Positions 1-9,710 of a stretch of 64,000 bases of DNA are shown here, in pieces. The DNA lies in NCBI GenBank assembly GCA_027312225.1, contig DAICXK010000001.1, forward strand, positions 63,148 to 127,147, read 5' to 3'. The notes under the pieces are model-generated. The model was not told where the DNA came from and did not search any database. It was given only the letters and a program-made list of their open reading frames with translations. Origin of the DNA: Candidatus Saccharimonadota bacterium (GTDB taxonomy: Bacteria; Patescibacteriota; Saccharimonadia; Saccharimonadales; Saccharimonadaceae). Position 1 is the stretch's first letter. Every line of letters begins with the position of its first letter. A program made the position numbers and the translations under genes.

Positions 1-1664
1 CCATCAGCAGGCTTCAGTAGGTTGTTTGTTGCACTCATGAGCTCGCGGGCTTCACGCTGTGCGTCCTCTGAAAGTGGCAAGTGAACAGCCATCTGGTCAC
101 CGTCATAGTCGGCGTTAAAGCCGTTCGCAACAAGTGGGTGAAGCTGAATCGCTTTGCCTTCAACCAGTTTAGGCTGGAAGGCCTGGATTGAAAGACGGTG
201 CAACGATGGCGCACGGTTGAGCAGCACGTACTTGCCCTCAATAACTGCGTCGAGCGCGTCCCATACCAAGGCATCACCTGACTCGATGAGACGGGTTGCA
301 CTGCGGATGTTATGCGCATGCTCGCCGCGAATCAGCCAGCTGATAACAAATGGCTTGAACAGTTCCAGTGCCATTTGCTTTGGCAGGCCACACTGGTTAA
401 TCTTCAACTTTGGACCAACCACGATTACTGAACGACCGCTGTAGTCAACACGCTTACCAAGAAGGTTCTGGCGGAAGCGGCCTTGCTTGCCCTTCAGCAT
501 ATCGCTGATAGACTTCAGGCGGCGGCGACCACCCGTTGCATTCACCGCACGGCCGCCCCTAGCTGCCGAGTTATCGATGAGTGCGTCAACTGCTTCTTGC
601 AGCATGCGCATTTCGTTGCGGCGGATAACTTCCGGCGCGTTCAGGTCAATCAGCTTCTTGAGACGGTTGTTACGGTTGATGACGCGGCGGTACAGGTCAT
701 TAAGATCTGAAGTTGCAAAACGACCACCGGTCAGCTGCACCATTGGACGTAGATCTGGTGGGATCACTGGAAGTACCGTCAGGGCAAGGCTGCTTGGCTG
801 AATACCTGCAGACTGCATGCCCTCAAGTACCTTGAGACGCTTGAGTAGCTTCTTCTCGCGCTGACCCTTGGCACCTTCGACCTCCTCGGTCAGTTCGGCA
901 ATAAGGGTTGGTAGGTCGATCTCATCAAGAAGCGCCTTAAGGGCGGTGCCGCCCATACCAACGCTAATGAGCTCTTCGTATTCTTCTGGAAGGTTACGAT
1001 AATCGACTTCGTTGATCAACGCGCCCTTGACCAAGCTGTCAAGCTGGGCTTTTTTGACGTTAAATTCGTCATTCAGCTCTTCGACTTCACGTGATTGCTG
1101 TTCAGCAAGCGCCTTGATGTCAGCACCCTCTGCCTCAGCTTCTTTTTCATAACGTAGCTTGATGGCAACACGACCTGCCTCGGTCTGAGCCTCAAGGTCA
1201 GCAAGATACTGATCACGGGTAGCCTCGTCGACGTTCAAGATAACGTAGGTTGCAAAGTAAGCAATACGCTCGAGGTTGCGAACCGTAATGCCAAGCAGAA
1301 GGCTCATTGCGCTTGGTGTCCCACGCATGAACCAGATGTGTGCGACAGGGGCTGCCAAGTTGATGTGCCCCATACGCTCACGACGAACGATGCTTTTAGT
1401 AACGAGCTCGCCATTCTTATCAACGGCAGCTTCACGGCTACGAACGCCCTTCAGCTTGTTATCATGCGGATTGATGTCCTTGACTGGACCAAAAATACGC
1501 TCACAGAACAACCCATCACGCTCTGGCTTTTGCGTACGATAGTTAATCGTCTCAGGCTTTGTTACCTCACCGTGGCTCCATTTGAGGATATCAGCTGGAC
1601 TTGCCACTGCGAGGCGCACTGCGTCAAAGTCTGCAATGCTGTTGCTTACGACAACTCGTGACAT
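1..1664 (-). CDS. rpoC: DNA-directed RNA polymerase subunit beta-prime, N-terminal ~554 codons (gene runs off the left edge)
   Basis: Own minus-strand translation from ATG at 1664 ([42 protein letters not shown]...). In-frame catalytic motif [12 protein letters not shown] near 80-125. Starts 1 nt after the rpoB stop. Absent from the ORF track because no stop lies in the window. Confidence 0.95.
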   Translation of the reverse strand, partial: MSRVVVSNSIADFDAVRLAVASPADILKWSHGEVTKPETINYRTQKPERDGLFCERIFGPVKDINPHDNKLKGVRSREAAVDKNGELVTKSIVRRERMGHINLAAPVAHIWFMRGTPSAMSLLLGITVRNLERIAYFATYVILNVDEATRDQYLADLEAQTEAGRVAIKLRYEKEAEAEGADIKALAEQQSREVEELNDEFNVKKAQLDSLVKGALINEVDYRNLPEEYEELISVGMGGTALKALLDEIDLPTLIAELTEEVEGAKGQREKKLLKRLKVLEGMQSAGIQPSSLALTVLPVIPPDLRPMVQLTGGRFATSDLNDLYRRVINRNNRLKKLIDLNAPEVIRRNEMRMLQEAVDALIDNSAARGGRAVNATGGRRRLKSISDMLKGKQGRFRQNLLGKRVDYSGRSVIVVGPKLKINQCGLPKQMALELFKPFVISWLIRGEHAHNIRSATRLIESGDALVWDALDAVIEGKYVLLNRAPSLHRLSIQAFQPKLVEGKAIQLHPLVANGFNADYDGDQMAVHLPLSEDAQREARELMSATNNLLKPAD

Positions 1665-1665
1665 A

Positions 1666-4600
1666 TTACGCCTCCTCCTTAATTTCTTCTACTTCATCAA
1701 TATCTTGAATACTCATACCGTCTTCGATATCACCAAACTCATCAGCTTCGTCAAGGACTGTTTCAGTGTCATCATCGTCGAGCGAGGCAACTGCAGGAAC
1801 TGTCTTGTCTGCTGGACCGGCTTCGGCAATCACCTCTTCGGCATCAACAATTGCGTCCTCTGACTCGTCTAGCAAGTCAACGCGGAGACCAAGACCTTGG
1901 AGTTCCTTAACAAGGACGTTGAATGACTCTGGCAGCTTTGGACCAACAATCTGTTCATCCTTGATGATTGATTCGTATGCCTTGGCACGTCCGTAGACAT
2001 CGTCAGACTTGATCGTAAGCATTTCCTGAAGCGTGGCGGCAGCGCCGTATGCTTCGAGTGCCCACACCTCCATCTCACCAAAGCGCTGACCACCGTTTTG
2101 TGCCTTACCGCCAAGTGGCTGCTGGGTCACCATCGTGTATGGACCAGTTGAGCGAGCGTGGATCTTATCCGACACCATGTGGTGCAGCTTAATGATGTGC
2201 ATCACACCAACCGTGGTGCGCTCTTCAAATGGTTCACCAGTACGGCCGTCAAACAGCTGGCTCTTACCGTCGCGGGCAAGGCCTGCTTTTTCCAATTCAT
2301 CAGAGATAACACTGTCAGGAACTCCATTGAATGGTGGCGTTGCAACCTTGTAGCCAAGCGCACGCGCTGCCATACCAAGGTGTGTTTCAAACAGCTGGCC
2401 AATATTCATACGCGAAGGCACGCCGAGAGGGTTCAAGACCACATCGACCGGTGTACCGTCTTCCATGAATGGCATATCCTCAACAGGAAGAATACGAGCC
2501 ACCACACCCTTGTTACCGTGTCGACCAGCCAACTTGTCACCGACTGAAATCTTACGTAGCTGTGCCACAAAGATTTGAATCTGCATTAACACACCGGCCT
2601 TCAATTCATGGCCGTTCTCGCGGCTGAAGATCTTCACGCCGACAACTTTACCACCACCCGCATTGTTCATGCGCTGTGAGGTATCACGAACGTCTTTGGC
2701 TTTTTCACCGAAGATGGCGCGCAGCAGGCGCTCTTCTGAAGAAAGCTCTTGCTCACCCTTTGGCGTGATCTTTCCAACCAAGACATCTCCTGCCTTAACT
2801 TCTGATCCGACCTGTACAATACCGCTCTCGTCAAGATGGCGAAGCGACTCTTCGCTGACGTTTGGAATGTCACGAGTGACAATTTCTGGACCAAGCTTTG
2901 TCTCGCGGACTTCAACCGTATAATCCTTGATGTTGATGCTCGTGAGGCCGTCTTCTTTGACCAGGCGGTCAGAAAGGACAATCGCGTCATCCATGTTGTA
3001 GCCGCCCCATGGCATGAAGGCTACAGTCAGGTCGCGACCAAGTGCCAATTCACCATCAGCAATCGAAGCACCTTCAATCAGGATATCGCCCTTTGTTACC
3101 TTGTCACCGCGAAGCACGCGAGTCTTTTGGTTAATCGAACGGTCGTCGTTTGATTTTGCAAAGTGCGTCAGTTCATAACTGCGGACGCCGTCTTTGTACT
3201 TTACTTCGACAACGTCGCCATCAGCGCGAACCACTTCGCCATCACCGCTCGCCACAACCAACTGACTACTGTTGCGGGCAATGTGACCCTCAATACCAGT
3301 ACCAACCGTTGGCGCTTCAGGCGTCAGTAGTGGAACGGCTTGCTTTTGCATGTTTGAACCAGTCAATGATCGGTCGATACGGTTCTTCTCAATAAACGGC
3401 ACGAGTGATGCGGTTGAACCAAGAATCTGCTTGTGTGCGGCATCCATGAGCGTCACCTCTGATGCATCGACTTGTTCTGGCAGCAAACCGTTACGGGCGC
3501 TGACGCGCTCGTCTTTGAACGATCCGTCTTTATTTAGTTCTGCACCGGCATCAGCAATCACTTCGTTGAGCTCTTGCGAGGCATCAAGATAGATAACTTC
3601 ATCAGTTACCTTGCCGTTCTTCACCACCAAGTATGGTGTTTCAACAAATCCATATTCGTTGACACGAGCATAGGCTGCTAGGTTCAATACCAAGCCGATG
3701 TTGGCACCTTCTGGTGTCTCTACAGAACAGAGACGACCATAGTGCGTCGGGTGAGCATCACGAACGTCAAATCCGGCGCGTTCGCGGCTAAGACCACCAG
3801 GGCCCATTGATGATAGGCGTCGTTTGTGCGACAACTCTGACAGTGGGTTTACCTCGTCAAGCAGCTGCGACAACTGAGATGAGGCAAAGAACTCACGAAC
3901 AGCAGCAACGACCGGGCGGGCGTTAATCAGCTGGCCTGGAGTAACGGTTTCAAGATCAGACATTGACATGCGATCCATGGCATTACGCTGCATACGAAGC
4001 ATACCAACGCGGAACTGGCGGGCAACCAGTTCGCCAACCAACTTCATACGGCGGTTTGATAGTGCGTCAATATCATCGGCAGGCTCTTGCGTGTTGTTAA
4101 GACGAATAATCTCACGAATAATCGCCAGTAGGTCTTCAAGGCGGAAGACGCGGTTTTCAGTCGTGTTGGCAACTTCTAGGCCAAGGCGTTGGTTGAGCTT
4201 GTAGCGACCGACACGGCTGTAGTCAAAGCGCTTGAAATCAAAGAACATGCGTTCAATCATCTGGCGAGCGTTATCAACCGTCGCGAGGTCACCTGGTCGA
4301 AGTCGTCGGTAGGTTTCGATCAACGCTTCGTTTGAACCACGAGTAGTGTCCTTTTCGAGTGTTGCTTCGATATACTTCGTCTCGCCTGTGTCGACGTCTT
4401 CAAACAGCGACTTAATCTCGCTGGTCTTACTGTAACCAAGTGCACGCAACAATGTCGTCACCGGCAGTTTGCGGCGGCGATCGATCTTGACGTAGATTGC
4501 ACCGTTTGATGCAGTCTCAAACTCTAGCCATGCACCACGGCCTGGGATCAACTTCGCACCATAGAAGTTACGTCCAGCAGCACTATCGGCAGTAAAGAAT

Positions 4601-5028
4601 ACACCAGCGCTTCGAATGAGCTGCGATACAACCACGCGCTCAGTACCATTGACAATGAACGTACCGCGTTCGGTCATCCATGGATAGTCGCCAAGGTAAA
4701 TTTCCTGCTCTTTGACTTCACCCGTTACCTTGTTGGTAAGCTCTACTGTCGCATGCAGTGGTGCGTCAAAGGTAATATTATTTTCTTTTGCTTCCTTTTC
4801 AGAGACCTTTGGATCCTGAAACGCGTACTGCTTGAAACGCAGTTCGAGTTTCTGACCTGTGTAGTCCTCGATTGGGTTGATTTCCGCAAAGATCTCGCCA
4901 AGGCCAGTCTCGACGAATTCTCGCCAACTGTTCTCTTGGTGCTCGATCAAGTTTGGTAGCTCGAGTGCTGTGTCATCACTAGTGAAAAACACACGACTCG
5001 AAGCAGTAGCAGGCTTCGCCTTTGCCAT
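1666..5028 (-). CDS. rpoB: DNA-directed RNA polymerase subunit beta
   Basis: 1120-aa ORF with typical beta-subunit blocks ([46 protein letters not shown]). Directly upstream of rpoC. Confidence 0.98.
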   Translation of the reverse strand: MAKAKPATASSRVFFTSDDTALELPNLIEHQENSWREFVETGLGEIFAEINPIEDYTGQKLELRFKQYAFQDPKVSEKEAKENNITFDAPLHATVELTNKVTGEVKEQEIYLGDYPWMTERGTFIVNGTERVVVSQLIRSAGVFFTADSAAGRNFYGAKLIPGRGAWLEFETASNGAIYVKIDRRRKLPVTTLLRALGYSKTSEIKSLFEDVDTGETKYIEATLEKDTTRGSNEALIETYRRLRPGDLATVDNARQMIERMFFDFKRFDYSRVGRYKLNQRLGLEVANTTENRVFRLEDLLAIIREIIRLNNTQEPADDIDALSNRRMKLVGELVARQFRVGMLRMQRNAMDRMSMSDLETVTPGQLINARPVVAAVREFFASSQLSQLLDEVNPLSELSHKRRLSSMGPGGLSRERAGFDVRDAHPTHYGRLCSVETPEGANIGLVLNLAAYARVNEYGFVETPYLVVKNGKVTDEVIYLDASQELNEVIADAGAELNKDGSFKDERVSARNGLLPEQVDASEVTLMDAAHKQILGSTASLVPFIEKNRIDRSLTGSNMQKQAVPLLTPEAPTVGTGIEGHIARNSSQLVVASGDGEVVRADGDVVEVKYKDGVRSYELTHFAKSNDDRSINQKTRVLRGDKVTKGDILIEGASIADGELALGRDLTVAFMPWGGYNMDDAIVLSDRLVKEDGLTSINIKDYTVEVRETKLGPEIVTRDIPNVSEESLRHLDESGIVQVGSEVKAGDVLVGKITPKGEQELSSEERLLRAIFGEKAKDVRDTSQRMNNAGGGKVVGVKIFSRENGHELKAGVLMQIQIFVAQLRKISVGDKLAGRHGNKGVVARILPVEDMPFMEDGTPVDVVLNPLGVPSRMNIGQLFETHLGMAARALGYKVATPPFNGVPDSVISDELEKAGLARDGKSQLFDGRTGEPFEERTTVGVMHIIKLHHMVSDKIHARSTGPYTMVTQQPLGGKAQNGGQRFGEMEVWALEAYGAAATLQEMLTIKSDDVYGRAKAYESIIKDEQIVGPKLPESFNVLVKELQGLGLRVDLLDESEDAIVDAEEVIAEAGPADKTVPAVASLDDDDTETVLDEADEFGDIEDGMSIQDIDEVEEIKEEA

Positions 5029-5204
5029 TACTATACTCCTCGCATCAGATTGTATTATTTAGTGTTGAATCGGCCCGGAAGATTCTAACTGTGGTCGCTA
5101 TCAGTCTGCTGCCATACAAACATAAAAGCATAAGAAACCACAGGTACACTACTTCTTGGTACGTATTGTGAGGCCTCGTGGGCAAATAGTCAAGAGATTT
5201 TTAC

Positions 5205-5262
5205 AAAAAACGCCCCTCGGACATGCGGCTTCGTCATGACGACGGCAGCACATGTCCGAGGG
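5205..5262 (-). terminator. Intrinsic terminator after the small membrane-protein gene
   Basis: 12-bp stem (5214-5225 pairs with 5251-5262) with an internal palindrome CGTCATGACG in the loop. On the minus strand it is followed by GCG then UUUUUU (5205-5210). Confidence 0.6.
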
Positions 5263-5292
5263 TTCCCAACAGAATGGAATGGAGAGGAAAGC

Positions 5293-5568
5293 TTATTCCC
5301 GAAGCAGGCCAGGATTCACGATGAGATACAGACCCATGAGGAGATACATAATGACCCCCGTCACCAGCGTCGTGTGAAGCCACACGTCACCGTAGCCGAC
5401 ACCCGTCATCACAGCCCTCGCAGGCGTGAAGAATAAGGATGACAGGCAGACTGCTGCCCACGCTGGCAAAATCACCACAACGGTGAACTTCAGCAGCCAG
5501 ACGGCAAAATCTCCCGTGATATCACGCCAGCCACCCCTTCCATCAGTGTCAAGCTGTGGAATACTCAT
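5293..5568 (-). CDS. Small hydrophobic membrane protein (about 91 aa), function unknown
   Basis: ORF with 2-3 predicted hydrophobic helices. AGGAGG lies 8 nt upstream of the ATG at 5568 (track start 5577 is a GTG-frame extension). Has its own promoter and terminator. Confidence 0.6.
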   Translation of the reverse strand: MSIPQLDTDGRGGWRDITGDFAVWLLKFTVVVILPAWAAVCLSSLFFTPARAVMTGVGYGDVWLHTTLVTGVIMYLLMGLYLIVNPGLLRE

Positions 5569-5608
5569 CAACACCACCTCCTTTGGTCATTGAATGATGA
5601 GTAGGATT

Positions 5609-5617
5609 ATTATGGCA
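5609..5617 (-). promoter_or_regulatory. Extended -10 promoter TGCCATAAT
   Basis: The minus strand reads TGCCATAAT about 40 nt upstream of the 5568 start. Same TGnTAnAAT form recurs across the window. Confidence 0.5.
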
Positions 5618-5654
5618 TCATTCGCGCGTTAGCTCAGCAATAAGCAGTTTAGGT

Positions 5655-6254
5655 CTATTTCTTCTTGGTAATCACTTCGTCGATAAGGCCGTATTTCACC
5701 GCCTCCTCGCTGCTCATCCAAAAGTCGCGATCGGCGTCTTTTTCAATCTTAGATAATTTCTGGCCGGTGTTCTTCGCAAGAATTTCGTTCAAGCGTTGCT
5801 TTAGAAAGATGCCTTCTTTTAGTGTGATTTCTTGATCGGTAATTTTACCATGCGTCCCACTTGACGGCTGGTGAATCATAATACGGCTGTTAGGTAACGC
5901 GAAGCGCTTGCCTTTTGTACCGCTTGAGAGCAAGAACGCCCCCATGCTCGCCTGCAACCCAATACCAATCGTCTGTACGTCCGGTGTGATGTACTGAATC
6001 GTGTCGTAAATCGCCAAGCCATCGTACACGCTACCACCTGGACTGTTGATATACAGCTTGATATCTTTCTTTGAATCTTCATAGGCAAGATGGAGAAGCT
6101 GCGCGACAACAATATTGGCCGTATGTTCATTAACATCCTCGCCAAGGAAGATAATCCGCTCGTTCAGAAGACGGCTGTAGATATCAAAGGCGCGTTCGCC
6201 GTCGTGCGTTTTCTCGATCACCGTTGGCACTAGATAACTTGATGGCTTGTTCAT
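5655..6254 (-). CDS. clpP: ATP-dependent Clp protease proteolytic subunit
   Basis: ClpP blocks [28 protein letters not shown]. Start moved to ATG 6254 ([12 protein letters not shown]) because the track start 6281 lies inside the CIRCE/promoter. Confidence 0.93.
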   Translation of the reverse strand: MNKPSSYLVPTVIEKTHDGERAFDIYSRLLNERIIFLGEDVNEHTANIVVAQLLHLAYEDSKKDIKLYINSPGGSVYDGLAIYDTIQYITPDVQTIGIGLQASMGAFLLSSGTKGKRFALPNSRIMIHQPSSGTHGKITDQEITLKEGIFLKQRLNEILAKNTGQKLSKIEKDADRDFWMSSEEAVKYGLIDEVITKKK

Positions 6255-6260
6255 ATCTCC

Positions 6261-6290
6261 AGTATAAACAAAAACTAGCACTCACGTCAA
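6261..6290 (-). promoter_or_regulatory. clpP promoter TTGACG-N18-TATACT, then 6 nt to ATG
   Basis: Minus strand: TTGACG (6285-6290) lies in the CIRCE spacer and TATACT at 6261-6266. GGAGAT then ATG at 6254. Confidence 0.55.
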
Positions 6291-6301
6291 TGGAGTGCTA
6301 A
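6275..6301. promoter_or_regulatory. CIRCE-type inverted repeat (HrcA operator consensus) upstream of clpP
   Basis: CTAGCACTC-ACGTCAATG-GAGTGCTAA versus the CIRCE consensus TTAGCACTC-N9-GAGTGCTAA. Overlaps the stop of the upstream ORF and, on the minus strand, is followed by a T-run. Confidence 0.8.
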
Positions 6302-6876
6302 TTCCCTTCGTCTTTTTGTAGTTTCTTGAACAAGTCTGGGAATTCCCTGGCTGCCTTTAGCACCCAGTCCTTGCCCTCCTGCGTTGTGGCGCAGACCCAG
6401 CTGCTGTCGCTACCGTCACCAATTGGAGTATACCGGTATGTTTTGCCATCCACGACTGCTTGACTACCCTCCACCGTAGCGTCGCCATCTCTCACAACAT
6501 CAATGGTACCGATTGCCGCTGCAGCACTGGCATCTGGGCCACTCGGCCGGCAGCCCTCCAGGCTGTCGTACCCTACAAAAGTAATGCTGTACTGTGTCAC
6601 CGTACCGTCAGCGGTCATGTTGGACTCAAAAACACTATAGGGCACGGAGTCGTCATCAAGAGGAACTTCAACGCCCCACTCGGAGAGAGACAGGACAGGT
6701 CCTTGCTGCTGTTGCTCACTTGTTTCACTCACGTCAGGGCTGCTTCGACCCTGTCGGGCTACTACTTCAATGACAAAAATAACAGCGATAAATACAATAA
6801 TACCTATGATAAGAGCCGTCTTGGTGCTTATCCCTTGCTGATACGACCGTCTTGTTGACATCCCCATCCTACCCAT
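6298..6876 (-). CDS. Membrane-anchored protein of unknown function (N-terminal TM helix, acidic extracytoplasmic domain)
   Basis: 192-aa ORF with hydrophobic segment ALIIGIIVFIAVIFVIEVV. Sits between tig and clpP. No recognisable catalytic motif. Confidence 0.55.
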   Translation of the reverse strand: MGRMGMSTRRSYQQGISTKTALIIGIIVFIAVIFVIEVVARQGRSSPDVSETSEQQQQGPVLSLSEWGVEVPLDDDSVPYSVFESNMTADGTVTQYSITFVGYDSLEGCRPSGPDASAAAAIGTIDVVRDGDATVEGSQAVVDGKTYRYTPIGDGSDSSWVCATTQEGKDWVLKAAREFPDLFKKLQKDEGN

Positions 6877-6901
6877 TCTTATTTGTTACTACCTTTATCG
6901 T

Positions 6902-6910
6902 ATCATGGCA
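6902..6910 (-). promoter_or_regulatory. Extended -10-like element TGCCATGAT
   Basis: The minus strand reads TGCCATGAT immediately after the tig terminator and about 25 nt upstream of the 6876 start. Confidence 0.35.
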
Positions 6911-6912
6911 TC

Positions 6913-6939
6913 AAAAATATCGCCTATTTTCGGCGATAT
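6913..6939 (-). terminator. Intrinsic terminator after tig
   Basis: 8-bp stem ATATCGCC/GGCGATAT (6917-6924 with 6932-6939) and a 7-nt loop, followed by a U-run on the minus strand. Confidence 0.7.
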
Positions 6940-6960
6940 TTTCGTCTTGATGAAAGAACT

Positions 6961-8247
6961 TTATTTGCTGTTCAATTCGACAAGTTTTTCGACGGTCTTT
7001 TCCGTCAACAAGCGGTTTGCGATATCCCGCTGCACCTCTGGCTGGTCAAACTGTGCCAAAGCCTCTTTGTTATTTGCGTACTGCTGTTTGTAGAGATTAA
7101 TATGGTCTTCAAGTTCTTTTGTTGAAGCATCAATCTTCAGTTCTTTGTTGAGCTCTGCAAGTACCAATCCTGCCTTAACACGCGCCTCGGCTGCAGGCTG
7201 TACTTCTTTATCAAGCCATTCTTCCTTGGTTGCAAAGCCGTTGGCTTCAAGATAACTATCAAGATTAATACCCTGATACATCAGGTTCTGCATAAAATCC
7301 TGCTCGATAGAGCGTTCCTGATCCTTCAAAAGCACCTCTGGCACTGGAATAGTGCTTTTTTCGACCAATTCTTTCACAAGTTCATCCTTCAATTTTTCAC
7401 CGGCTTCGCGTTCGCGCTGGCTGGTCATCTGTGTCAGAATATCTTCACGTAGCTCTTTCACTGATGTGAATGGCCCGCATTTTGCCGCAAATGCCTCGTC
7501 AACCTCAGGCAAAACCTTCTCATTGACTGACTTCAATGTTACCGTGAAGACAACTTTTGCACCCTTGAGGTCTTTCGAGTGATAATCCTTTGGAAATTCT
7601 AGATCGAGATCGAATGTGTCACCAGCCTTGTGGCCTGCAACACCCTCTTCAAACCCAGGGATAAACTGACCGCTACCGAGGCCAAGGTTGAAGTCTTCAG
7701 CGGTACCTCCATCAAAAGCAACGCCGTCTTTCTTGCCGACAAAATCGATCACGACGTCGTCACCACTCTTGGCGGCACGCTTGACCTCTTTCTTTTCCGC
7801 AAAGTTTTCTTGCATGCGTACGATCAGGCCGTCAACATCCTTGTCGGTCGGTTTTTCAACCTTCAGCTTCGCCTTTAGCTTTTTATAGTCGCCCAGTTTA
7901 ATTGTCGGCATGACTTCCACTTCGGCCGTAAATTCAAGCTCTTTACCTGGCTCGTACTTCTTTACCTCGACTTCAGGACGATCAAGCGCCTGGAGTTTTT
8001 CGGCAGCAAAAGCATCAGCCACAGCCTTAGACAGCGCATCTTCAAGTGTTTGCTGACCAACCAACTGTGGGTCAGCGTGTTTTGCCACCACATTAGCGGG
8101 TACTTTGCCCTTGCGGAAACCTGGAACCTTAATTTCCTTAGCAATTTTTGTCAATGCAACTAGTTCAGCTGCCTTTAGTTCGTCGGGCGTGACGGCAATC
8201 GTCAACACGACCTTGGTGTCGGATAAATGTTTTACAGATGTTTTCAT
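6961..8247 (-). CDS. tig: Trigger factor
   Basis: 428-aa ORF with the N-terminal ribosome-binding signature GFRKGKVP, a central FKBP-type PPIase region and a C-terminal helical arm. Confidence 0.93.
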   Translation of the reverse strand: MKTSVKHLSDTKVVLTIAVTPDELKAAELVALTKIAKEIKVPGFRKGKVPANVVAKHADPQLVGQQTLEDALSKAVADAFAAEKLQALDRPEVEVKKYEPGKELEFTAEVEVMPTIKLGDYKKLKAKLKVEKPTDKDVDGLIVRMQENFAEKKEVKRAAKSGDDVVIDFVGKKDGVAFDGGTAEDFNLGLGSGQFIPGFEEGVAGHKAGDTFDLDLEFPKDYHSKDLKGAKVVFTVTLKSVNEKVLPEVDEAFAAKCGPFTSVKELREDILTQMTSQREREAGEKLKDELVKELVEKSTIPVPEVLLKDQERSIEQDFMQNLMYQGINLDSYLEANGFATKEEWLDKEVQPAAEARVKAGLVLAELNKELKIDASTKELEDHINLYKQQYANNKEALAQFDQPEVQRDIANRLLTEKTVEKLVELNSK

Positions 8248-8256
8248 ACTTGTCCC

Positions 8257-8265
8257 ATTGTACCA
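8257..8265 (-). promoter_or_regulatory. Extended -10 promoter TGGTACAAT for tig
   Basis: The minus strand reads TGGTACAAT, then 9 nt to the tig ATG. This implies an almost leaderless transcript. Confidence 0.55.
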
Positions 8266-8288
8266 GACACAGGGGACGGCCGTGAACC

Positions 8289-9569
8289 TTAAGCGACTTG
8301 GCGCTCCTCGCCTGTAGTAAGATTCTTGGCCTTGTACTCGCCGCTTTCAATTTCGTTAGCACCGACAAAGACAATCTCGGTCGCGCCTTTCTTCTCGGCC
8401 ATCTTGATAAGCTTGTCAAATTTTCGGCCTGTCGTGTCCGTCTCGACCGATATACCACGAGACCGCAGGGTCGCCGCTAGCTGCAAGGTCTGCAGCACTG
8501 TATCACCCACCGATGCCACGTACATATCAACAGTAGCTCGAAGGTCCGGCAAGAGGTTGTGACTACGAAGGAACAGCTCGGTTGTCGTAAGGCCTGGAGC
8601 AAAACCAACCGCGCTGACTGGCTCGACACCAAACATACCAACTAGCCCGTCGTAGCGGCCACCACCAAATAGCGAGCGGTTGTTCTCGGGGTCCACATCA
8701 AAGACCTCAAAGACCGTCCCGGTATAATAATCAAGCCCTCGCATGAGCGTCACGTCAAAACGCACCGACGAGACGCCAAGACTACTAAGCATCACAAACA
8801 ATTCGCGCACACGGCCAGCCGCTGCTCCACCCGCAAGTCCCTCAGGGAGCGTCTCGATTGACTCCGCAGAAAATACTGCTTCAAGCCTCGCAACTTTTTC
8901 ATCCGTCTCAAGAATCTCGCGGACCGATGCCACAAACACCTCGGCAGGCAGTTTGTTTTTGCGGTCGATCAGCCGTACAAGCTGACCGGCCTGGACCTCA
9001 TCAAGCCCCAGGTATTGCCGTGTCATCTCTTCGATCAGCTCGCGGCTATTGACACGAATTTCATACATATTAGTACTTGCCCCGAAGGCTTTCATAATCT
9101 CGTCAGCCAGCAGCAACGTCTCGGCTTCGGCCGCCACGTCGTCCGCACCAAACGTATCAACATTGAGTTGCCAGAACTCACGTTCACGTCCACGTTGTGG
9201 CCGTTCGTAACGCATGAAGTTTGCAATGCTATACAGCCTGGCTGGATACGGCAGCTCTTGGCGCCTTGCAGCCACCATACGGCTAACCGTTGGTGTCATC
9301 TCGGGCCGAATTGCCACTGTGCGGTCACCACGATCCGTAAATGCGTATGTCTGCTCCCCAGCCAGCTCGTCACCACTTTTAGCGGCATACACTTCGAGTG
9401 GCTCGAGAAGCGGCGCGCCATATTCTTTGAATCCAAATTGTTCGACTGTTTTCTTCCAGGTTGCAAAGATATAGTTCTGAACAGCCTTATCTTCAGGATA
9501 CCAGTCGCGTGTGCCTTTATATGGTTGGGGGGATAGCGTAGTCATTGGTGTTATTGTATCATTTTTCAT
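8289..9569 (-). CDS. hisS: Histidine--tRNA ligase
   Basis: 426-aa class II aaRS with HisRS blocks (YKGTRDWYP, AIRPEMTPTVSR, YERPQRGREREFWQLNVD, GGGRYDGL). SD GGAGA lies 7 nt upstream of the ATG. Confidence 0.95.
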   Translation of the reverse strand: MKNDTITPMTTLSPQPYKGTRDWYPEDKAVQNYIFATWKKTVEQFGFKEYGAPLLEPLEVYAAKSGDELAGEQTYAFTDRGDRTVAIRPEMTPTVSRMVAARRQELPYPARLYSIANFMRYERPQRGREREFWQLNVDTFGADDVAAEAETLLLADEIMKAFGASTNMYEIRVNSRELIEEMTRQYLGLDEVQAGQLVRLIDRKNKLPAEVFVASVREILETDEKVARLEAVFSAESIETLPEGLAGGAAAGRVRELFVMLSSLGVSSVRFDVTLMRGLDYYTGTVFEVFDVDPENNRSLFGGGRYDGLVGMFGVEPVSAVGFAPGLTTTELFLRSHNLLPDLRATVDMYVASVGDTVLQTLQLAATLRSRGISVETDTTGRKFDKLIKMAEKKGATEIVFVGANEIESGEYKAKNLTTGEERQVA

Positions 9570-9592
9570 TTGTATTCTCCGTTAGTTAATAG

Positions 9593-9618
9593 AATAAAAC
9601 GCCGAAACGAGTTCGGCG
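9593..9618 (-). terminator. Intrinsic terminator inside the hisS leader (candidate attenuator)
   Basis: Minus-strand RNA CGCCGAA-CUCGU-UUCGGCG (7-bp stem, 9600-9618) followed by UUUUAUU (9593-9599). Ends 23 nt before the hisS ATG and lies downstream of a promoter. Confidence 0.7.
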
Positions 9619-9641
9619 TGCATTCTAGACTATCAAGAAGA

Positions 9642-9695
9642 TTACCGGACTCGGTTCGGCGACAGATGTGAATGATGAATCACAAAAGTAATCAT
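9642..9695 (-). CDS. Candidate leader peptide MITFVIHHSHLSPNRVR (three His codons)
   Basis: ATG ATT ACT TTT GTG ATT CAT CAT TCA CAT CTG TCG CCG AAC CGA GTC CGG TAA. The ATG lies 6 nt after a TACAAT -10 box, the spacing used by real leaderless genes here. The last codons form the antiterminator strand. Confidence 0.5.
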   Translation of the reverse strand: MITFVIHHSHLSPNRVR

Positions 9696-9701
9696 ATCTT
9701 T

Positions 9702-9710
9702 ATTGTAGCA
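9702..9710 (-). promoter_or_regulatory. Extended -10 promoter TGCTACAAT of the hisS leader
   Basis: Identical 9-mer to the gatC promoter at 54875-54883. 6 nt to the mini-ORF ATG. Confidence 0.6.

Noticed and set aside
5236-5436. 66-aa plus-strand ORF in the rpoB upstream region
   Set aside because: It starts inside the terminator hairpin and runs antisense to the better-supported minus-strand membrane-protein gene. No start signals were seen.
6275-6301. Interpreting the 6275 and 35804 hairpins as plain intrinsic terminators only
   Set aside because: They do have flanking T-runs and may terminate upstream transcription. However, the arms match the 9+9 CIRCE consensus almost perfectly, the spacers are similar, and both precede clp genes. 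A purely structural terminator would not be expected to conserve these features.
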